Shown here: positions 58,334-64,000 of the stretch, in pieces
Numbering within the stretch: position 1 is the first letter of the stretch
How the letters are laid out: the number at the start of each line of letters is the position of its first letter
Source: Chloroflexota bacterium
GTDB lineage: Bacteria; Chloroflexota; Dehalococcoidia; Lucifugimonadales; GCA-002723415
Length of the DNA: 64,000 nucleotides
Assembly (NCBI GenBank): GCA_002721445.1
Contig: PBKN01000012.1
Coordinates: 8,362-72,361 of the forward strand
Direction: 5' to 3'
The notes under the pieces: generated by a model
Seen by the model: the letters and a program-made list of their open reading frames with translations, nothing else
Databases searched by the model: none
What the model was told of the DNA's origin: nothing
Made by a program: the position numbers and the translations under genes

Positions 58334-58762
58334 ATGTACGTTATTATTTTAGGTGCAGGTAAAATTGGATATTCTATAGCAGAAATATTAATTAGTAATC
58401 AACACGAAGTAGCAGTAATTGATTCTAACAAATCTAAATGTGAATATATTGATAATACATTAGGCAGTATTAGTGTATTAGGAGATCAATCTTTATCAAA
58501 TTCATTATTAAAAGCAGGAATAACGAGAGCAGATTTATTTATTGCTACTACAAAAAATGATTCTGAAAATATGCTATCATGTCAATTAGCTAAAGATTAT
58601 TATAATGCCAAATTTACTTTAAGTATTACCCATTCAAAAGAAATAAGCCGTTTGTTGGAAACGATAAATATAAACTATACTATAAATGTTAATCAACACA
58701 TAACAAACGAATTAATATCAAAAATAAAATTACTGGGAATTAATATAAATACAAAAAACTAA
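58334..58762 (+). CDS. Stand-alone TrkA-N (RCK N-terminal) domain protein, second copy
   Basis: 142 aa. ILGAGKIGYSIA GxGxxG motif. Starts immediately after the stop of the preceding paralog. Confidence 0.65.
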   Translation: MYVIILGAGKIGYSIAEILISNQHEVAVIDSNKSKCEYIDNTLGSISVLGDQSLSNSLLKAGITRADLFIATTKNDSENMLSCQLAKDYYNAKFTLSITHSKEISRLLETININYTINVNQHITNELISKIKLLGININTKN

Positions 58763-59586
58763 TGAATAAATTAGCATTTTTAGGACCTATAGGATCTTTT
58801 TCACAAGAAGCTGCAATAAGTTACAACAAGAACCTAGAGCTTTTAAGCTGTAATTCAATTCCTCAAGTAATTGAAAAAGTTAAAAATGGTTTAGCCAACG
58901 AAGCTATATTGCCAATTGAAAACAGTATTGAAGGATCAGTAACTTCAACTATAGATTTATTAATCCAAGAAACTAAATTAAAAATCAAAACTGAAATTGT
59001 AATTCCTATAGAACATTGTCTTTTAATAAAAGATGAAACCAAATTAGAAAATATTCAACATGTCTATTCTCATCCTCAAGCCTTATCACAATGCAGAAAA
59101 TTTTTAACAGATAATACACCTAATGCAGAATTAATTGCATCATTAAGTACATCTAACGCAGTTGAAGAAATGAAAAAATCAAAATATATTTCTGCAGCTA
59201 TTGCTAATCAAAAATGTGCTTCAATATATAATGTAAAAGTGATATCAAAAAAAATTAGTGATAACAAAAACAATTACACAAGATTTATTATTTTGTCAGA
59301 TAGAGATAATAAAAATACCGGAAAAGATAAAACATCAATCTGCTTTGATTTTTCTAATGATTCTCCAGGAATTCTTTATATGGTTTTAGAAAAATTTGCA
59401 AAACAAAACATTAACCTAACAAAAATAGAATCTAGGCCAAGCAAAACTAATCTAGGAAATTATATATTTCTTATAGACCTTGAGGGGCATAGATCAGATG
59501 AAATTGTTAATAAGTGTTTTAATCAAGTTAAACCACTAGTGTCAATGTTCAAAATATTAGGTTCATATCCAAAATTTAATATATAA
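58762..59586 (+). CDS. pheA: Prephenate dehydratase
   Basis: 274 aa. AFLGPIGSFS N-terminus, TRF motif (YTRFIIL) and an ACT domain (TKIESRPSK). TAATG overlap with the upstream gene. Confidence 0.9.
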   Translation: MNKLAFLGPIGSFSQEAAISYNKNLELLSCNSIPQVIEKVKNGLANEAILPIENSIEGSVTSTIDLLIQETKLKIKTEIVIPIEHCLLIKDETKLENIQHVYSHPQALSQCRKFLTDNTPNAELIASLSTSNAVEEMKKSKYISAAIANQKCASIYNVKVISKKISDNKNNYTRFIILSDRDNKNTGKDKTSICFDFSNDSPGILYMVLEKFAKQNINLTKIESRPSKTNLGNYIFLIDLEGHRSDEIVNKCFNQVKPLVSMFKILGSYPKFNI

Positions 59587-59591
59587 AAAAA

Positions 59592-59954
59592 TTAAATTGA
59601 CTTAGTTTGATCTCTTTCAGTATCTAAATCAATTTCATCAATCTCTGAAAATAAATCAACTTCGCTTTGAGTTAAATCGTTATCTATTGTTTTTTGTTTT
59701 TTTATTTGGTCATTTAGGCTTTCTACTACTGGGGAAATTACATCCTTTAACTCATCTACTACAGGGCTTAAACCTTCCTTCAAAATAGCTGCCAATTCTT
59801 CTCCCCTAGACTTCCAAATTTCACTTTGTTCAGCCAATTCAACACGAGTTTCAGATCCAGGCTTTGGGGCAATTAATATCCCCAAAACAGTTCCAACTAA
59901 ACCTCCAAACATAAATCCTAACATTGAAGAGCCTCCATTATCTTTTTTAGCCAT
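59592..59954 (-). CDS. YtxH-like general-stress membrane-anchored protein
   Basis: GFMFGGLVGTVLGILIAPKPGSETR is the typical YtxH N-terminal helix. I prefer ATG at 59954 (GAGGA upstream) to the longer track ORF ending at 60026. Confidence 0.65.
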   Translation of the reverse strand: MAKKDNGGSSMLGFMFGGLVGTVLGILIAPKPGSETRVELAEQSEIWKSRGEELAAILKEGLSPVVDELKDVISPVVESLNDQIKKQKTIDNDLTQSEVDLFSEIDEIDLDTERDQTKSI

Positions 59955-60252
59955 TTTTTTCCTCTGTATCTTCTTTATCTGAATTTTTAAATCCTGAAAA
60001 AAATGATATAAATCTAGAAAATCCAAAACCTAATTTTGATCCTTCAGTTACAGGATTAATAAATTTTTGAGAAAATTTTGTAGTTATACCATCTACTTGT
60101 TCAGAGATATTATCAAATGATTCTAATAATTTCAAAACTCGTCTAAATATTATAACTCCCATAATTAAAATTATTACAGATACTATAATTAGAGTGAAGT
60201 CACGTATTATAACTAATGTTTGTGCAAATTCATTCAATTTCCACCTCAACAA
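59947..60252 (-). CDS. DUF948-like small membrane protein
   Basis: 101 aa with a single N-terminal TM helix followed by a helical region. Position immediately upstream of YtxH matches the common DUF948-YtxH pairing. TTG start. Confidence 0.5.
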   Translation of the reverse strand: MLRWKLNEFAQTLVIIRDFTLIIVSVIILIMGVIIFRRVLKLLESFDNISEQVDGITTKFSQKFINPVTEGSKLGFGFSRFISFFSGFKNSDKEDTEEKNG

Positions 60253-60303
60253 TTACAATGATTTTAACATTTATAAATTTGCTTAACAATAAATATTATT
60301 TAA

Positions 60304-61290
60304 TTATGGTGATATCAGAATCCTGACGAAACCTTTTTCATCTTTTCTTTGAGTTAAAATACTATGTTTTTCTTTCTCTACCCACATTAATATGTCATAA
60401 GTATTCAATACATCTGGAATTACAACTTCAATAAAGGAATCAGATTTATTATTTATTTCTTGAGACAAAGCAGCTATTATACCTGCACAAGTTTTTCCTG
60501 TACCATCAATTACTTTCCATCCATTTGATTCATTAATATTTTTGTTTAGTACACTTATATCTTCTAATACTTCAATATCACCAGACTTACGTAATTCTAC
60601 TTGACGTTTAAATTCAGCTACTGATTCAGAATACACTCCGTTATCTCTATCTCCTTTAGAACACACTGCCCCTCTAACTCCAACAATATCAGGGTTTACC
60701 CTTGTTAATTCATCTAAATCAGACATTTTAAGATGTCCTGATAAAGCAGTACTCATACCATCGGATTTTCCTTCCATTACAATATCTCTTAGCTCTACTT
60801 CAGATAGAAAATCAAACAAATTCCTTCCATCTTTTGTCAAAGTATCTATAAGCCAACCATCACATTTGCCATCTCTAGCTAATTTAGGCATTAAATGAGG
60901 ATCCAATCCTCCATCATATAGAACATTATCAGCAAAAAGTGAACCAATTAACTTTGTCTCTGTACCTTCTAACGCTTCTTTTGAAGCTTGAAGAACTTCA
61001 ACAGACTTATCATAATCCGCTTGCATAAAACCAACTTTTACAGAAGTAGCTTTCATCTGTCCAGCAGCCCAAACAGCCATAGCAACTGTTCCTTCTTGAT
61101 TTGGTACTACTCCTAAAGTTAACGAAGCATGAATATCAGCAGGAACAGCTTTTCTTACATCTTTAAATATATTTGGCTTAGCAGATCCCACTAAAGCTTC
61201 TTGTAGGTTTTTAACATCAACTATATCTGCTCCACCTTTCATAGCTTCATATGCTTCTTTTAAATTTTGAACACTAACCATTAATATCAT
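60304..61290 (-). CDS. MfnB-like (UPF0264/DUF556) class I aldolase fused to a C-terminal TusA-like domain
   Basis: 328 aa. Residues 1 to about 235 are collinear with M. jannaschii MfnB as I recall it (GGADIVDVKN, VKVGF, LIDT, GVRGAVC). Residues about 245-328 match the TusA pattern (IDGTGKTCAG...IEVVIPD...HSIL...GFVRILI). Confidence 0.7.
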   Translation of the reverse strand: MILMVSVQNLKEAYEAMKGGADIVDVKNLQEALVGSAKPNIFKDVRKAVPADIHASLTLGVVPNQEGTVAMAVWAAGQMKATSVKVGFMQADYDKSVEVLQASKEALEGTETKLIGSLFADNVLYDGGLDPHLMPKLARDGKCDGWLIDTLTKDGRNLFDFLSEVELRDIVMEGKSDGMSTALSGHLKMSDLDELTRVNPDIVGVRGAVCSKGDRDNGVYSESVAEFKRQVELRKSGDIEVLEDISVLNKNINESNGWKVIDGTGKTCAGIIAALSQEINNKSDSFIEVVIPDVLNTYDILMWVEKEKHSILTQRKDEKGFVRILISP

Positions 61291-61306
61291 AATTTATTAC
61301 CACCTA

Positions 61307-62317
61307 TTAATATTTTTTAAGATTTAAAAGATCTAAAGCTGAAGGACGAAAGTCTTTCAAATCCGCTTTAAGCTCTAATTTATCAGAATCACTCATGTTT
61401 AATAATGGATTCCTAACATGTCCACCAGCCATACCCATTAATTCTCCCCAATATTTACATAAAGAAACTGGCAAGACTCCATTCATACTGCTCACTATTC
61501 GAGGCCACCATTTATCAGATATTGATTTTATTGGACGTATTTTTAAATCATAAAAATCTTGATCAATATTTCCTTCTATAGCTTTATCAATAAATTGAAC
61601 ATAATTATTTTTCCCTGGCATGTCAAATCTCCAATCAGACGTATTTGCAAACATAACACGTTGTTGAAAACCCAATTCTTTACCTTTAGCAAATATCCAT
61701 TCATCTGGAGTACTTATTAATACTTTATCTCCTAATAAAATATGAGTATCTATTGATAGCTGTTTATTAAAACTAGCTTCCTTAACTCCAACTACATTTG
61801 GAATATCGCAAATCTTTTTCAAACCTTCAGGTGACATAACAATTCCAAATTGAGGAGAATTATAAAACATTATAGCTAGAGATGTATTTTCAGCTAATAT
61901 TTTTACAAATTCTACTACTTGTTGCTCAGTTTTAGTAACCATATATGGCGCAGCTACCATTAACAAATCAAATCCTAAAGATTCAACATGGCTTGCTAAA
62001 TTAAGCATTTCTTTTACAGATGTATGGGTAACATGAGCTCCAATCATCCAATTGCCTTTAGATTCGTCAGCAAGAATATCATATATCTGAATTTTCTCAG
62101 AAAAGGTTAAACTCCAAAATTCCCCCATACCCCAAGTACACCCTACTCCACTAGTACCCAATGAACGAATACGTCTAATATTTTTTCTTAACCCACCTTC
62201 GTCAATGAGGTCATCTTCAGTAAAAGGGGATATTAATGTAGACCATTGGCCTTTAACATTATATCTAGCCCATTCCTTAGATTCACTTTTACTATATGAT
62301 GGCAATAAAACCTCCAA
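61307..62317 (-). CDS. Dihydrodipicolinate synthase / N-acetylneuraminate lyase family (DapA-like) protein
   Basis: 336 aa. FYNSP and VVGVKEAS (Schiff-base Lys) motifs. The start is either TTG at 62317 or TTG at 62305, which is preceded by GGAGG. Confidence 0.75.
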   Translation of the reverse strand: MEVLLPSYSKSESKEWARYNVKGQWSTLISPFTEDDLIDEGGLRKNIRRIRSLGTSGVGCTWGMGEFWSLTFSEKIQIYDILADESKGNWMIGAHVTHTSVKEMLNLASHVESLGFDLLMVAAPYMVTKTEQQVVEFVKILAENTSLAIMFYNSPQFGIVMSPEGLKKICDIPNVVGVKEASFNKQLSIDTHILLGDKVLISTPDEWIFAKGKELGFQQRVMFANTSDWRFDMPGKNNYVQFIDKAIEGNIDQDFYDLKIRPIKSISDKWWPRIVSSMNGVLPVSLCKYWGELMGMAGGHVRNPLLNMSDSDKLELKADLKDFRPSALDLLNLKKY

Positions 62318-62397
62318 AACAAATTATTTTAATCAAAGCATGATTTGACTAAATTTAAAATGGTAATTAAATTAAGTAAAAACGCTAGATAATTACT

Positions 62398-62589
62398 TTA
62401 AGCTTTACTCGATACTTTACTTTGATTCCTAAGACACTTAGTACATATACTGACTTGTCGTAAAACACCTTTATCATTTATCTTAGATTTTTGAATATTA
62501 GCCAGTGAACGTGTTCGAGTACGTTTTTTCGAATGACTAACATTATTTCCATACATTCCAGATTTAAGACAAATTTCACACCTAGCCAT
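62398..62589 (-). CDS. rpmB: 50S ribosomal protein L28
   Basis: 63 aa. MARCEICLKSGMYGNNVSHSKKRTRTR is typical of L28. Confidence 0.92.
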   Translation of the reverse strand: MARCEICLKSGMYGNNVSHSKKRTRTRSLANIQKSKINDKGVLRQVSICTKCLRNQSKVSSKA

Positions 62590-62686
62590 AATTCTCCTTT
62601 GACTGTTAATGATGTATTAAGTAGAATCCATATAAATAAAAATTATATATATATATAATAACTAAATAAAATAGATTAGGCAATTG

Positions 62687-64000
62687 ATGAAAATTATTAA
62701 TAATGTAAAAAATTCAAACTCTTTTAACGGCAACAATCTCACCCAAATGTTTATTTATAGTAAGTACTACTTAGAAAAACATGTTGACACTTTAAATTCT
62801 TTAAATGTATTTCCAGTACCAGATGGAGATACTGGAACAAATATGCTTATAACGATTAGAGAAGTTCTTAAGTCAATTGAAAATGACAATAACCCTTCTG
62901 CATCTCATATTTCAAAAACAATGTCTGAAGCTGCTTTAATGGGCGCAAAAGGCAATAGTGGAGTCATATTGTCTCAATTTTTTAAAGGCTTTGAATCAGC
63001 TCTTAAATCAAAACATAATTTTGGATACGAAGAATTTATAATATCTTTAGAATATGCAGTCAAATATTGCTACAAATCCGTAGGAACACCAACTGAAGGA
63101 ACAATACTAACAATTATAAATGTAGCAGCAAAAACAGCTAGGAAATTATATGAAAATGGCACTCCACTTAATGAAATAATTACTCATACTTGTAAAGATG
63201 TAAAAACTTCAGTTCTAAAAACGCCTGAATCTCTAGAAGTTTTAAAAAATGCAGGAGTTATAGATTCAGGAGCATTAGGCTTATATATAATATTAGAAGG
63301 TATAAGAATATATTTAGAAGGAGGAGATTTAAAATCATCAAATATTGACTTTCCAGAAAATTTAAACAAGGCTCCAATAAATCTATCTAACTCATCTTCA
63401 GAAAATATGTTAGACCAAAGCCATGACAAATATGGTAATTGCGTACAGTTTTTTATTTTATCTAATACAATAAATATAGATGAAGTGAAAAAAGAAATTG
63501 AAAAAATAGGTTCATCTCTTGTAGCTGTTGGAAGTGATACTAAAATCAAAATCCATGTCCATTCTGAATCACCTGATAAATTAATTAAAATAGCAAGTAA
63601 ATTTGGTGAAATAACTCAAATTTCTATTGAAGATATGGATGAACAACACCATCAAATTATTTCAAAAGCGAAAAACACCTCTGAAACAATATTATTTTCA
63701 ATATCATCTGGGGAAAAAATTAATAATATATTTACAGAATTTGGAGCAATAAACTTTGATATACAAGAAAATAATTATACTAAAGACAAAATGGAATCTA
63801 TAATATTAAAATCAAAATTTAAAAATGCGATTTTATTGATGAATGGATTTACACTCCCACTTGATTCTAAAATCTTTTCAAACAAATTTATTCACATATT
63901 AAATACTAACAATATAGCTGATGGTATTGCAGCTATACTTAATTATAATCCTGAATTAATGATTGACGAGAACATATCTAACATGGAATCATCATATAAA
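62687..64000 (+). CDS. DAK2-domain fusion protein YloV-like; 3' end cut by the window edge
   Basis: Absent from the ORF track because it has no stop in the window. Manual translation from ATG 62687 gives 438 stop-free codons containing LNVFPVPDGDTGTNM and GAKGNSGVILSQ (DAK2/DhaL motifs). Divergent from rpmB. The track ORF 63184..63549 (-) is its shadow. Confidence 0.85.
   Translation, partial: MKIINNVKNSNSFNGNNLTQMFIYSKYYLEKHVDTLNSLNVFPVPDGDTGTNMLITIREVLKSIENDNNPSASHISKTMSEAALMGAKGNSGVILSQFFKGFESALKSKHNFGYEEFIISLEYAVKYCYKSVGTPTEGTILTIINVAAKTARKLYENGTPLNEIITHTCKDVKTSVLKTPESLEVLKNAGVIDSGALGLYIILEGIRIYLEGGDLKSSNIDFPENLNKAPINLSNSSSENMLDQSHDKYGNCVQFFILSNTINIDEVKKEIEKIGSSLVAVGSDTKIKIHVHSESPDKLIKIASKFGEITQISIEDMDEQHHQIISKAKNTSETILFSISSGEKINNIFTEFGAINFDIQENNYTKDKMESIILKSKFKNAILLMNGFTLPLDSKIFSNKFIHILNTNNIADGIAAILNYNPELMIDENISNMESSYK

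Noticed and set aside
63184-63549. 121-aa minus-strand ORF in the supplied track
   Set aside because: It lies entirely inside, and antisense to, the long stop-free plus-strand frame with clear DAK2 motifs (62687..64000). Low-complexity shadow ORF typical of AT-rich DNA.

Overview
AT-rich (roughly 30% G+C by eye) and very gene-dense bacterial chromosomal window. I call 59 protein-coding genes (two cut by the window edges) and one tRNA-Glu. Intergenic space is minimal and many gene ends overlap. I found no rRNA, CRISPR array, transposase, integrase, phage gene or convincing intrinsic terminator. Most genes are core functions: secA, prs, valS, leuS, leuB, tsaD, rpe, rpmB, pheA, nth, and a dispersed arginine set (argC alone, then argJ-argB-UPF0182-argD-argG-maoC-argH-rpe on one strand). 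Other modules are ubiD-ubiA-ubiX, a ktrB/ktrA K+ uptake locus, C2/acyl-CoA enzymes (glcB, citE-like, maoC-like), cofE (F420) and several accessory oxidative or hydrolytic enzymes: two PhyH dioxygenases, hyuA/hyuB, an amidohydrolase, a lone CoxL-like Mo subunit and two DSD1-type PLP enzymes. The mix of cofE, a UPF0182 membrane protein, rpmB divergent from yloV, and a DUF948/YtxH pair suggests a streamlined Actinobacteria- or Chloroflexi-like marine lineage; this is inference only. I do not see a clear new multi-gene system such as a defence island. The observations most worth follow-up are: (1) two genes (argB and a USP) whose conserved N-termini are encoded in frame with no canonical start but have an SD-spaced ATT codon; (2) an MfnB-like aldolase fused to a TusA-like domain next to a DapA-family lyase; (3) a five-gene amidohydrolase/ABM/PhyH/2x DSD1-like cluster in which one PLP paralog has lost the expected Schiff-base lysines; (4) a CinA-like/NMNAT-like fusion protein; (5) lone subunits (a CoxL-like Mo subunit, a ComE-like TPP beta subunit) and an internally duplicated small protein. 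Two edge ORFs missing from or truncated in the supplied track were recovered by reading the sequence: 1..1494 and 62687..64000.
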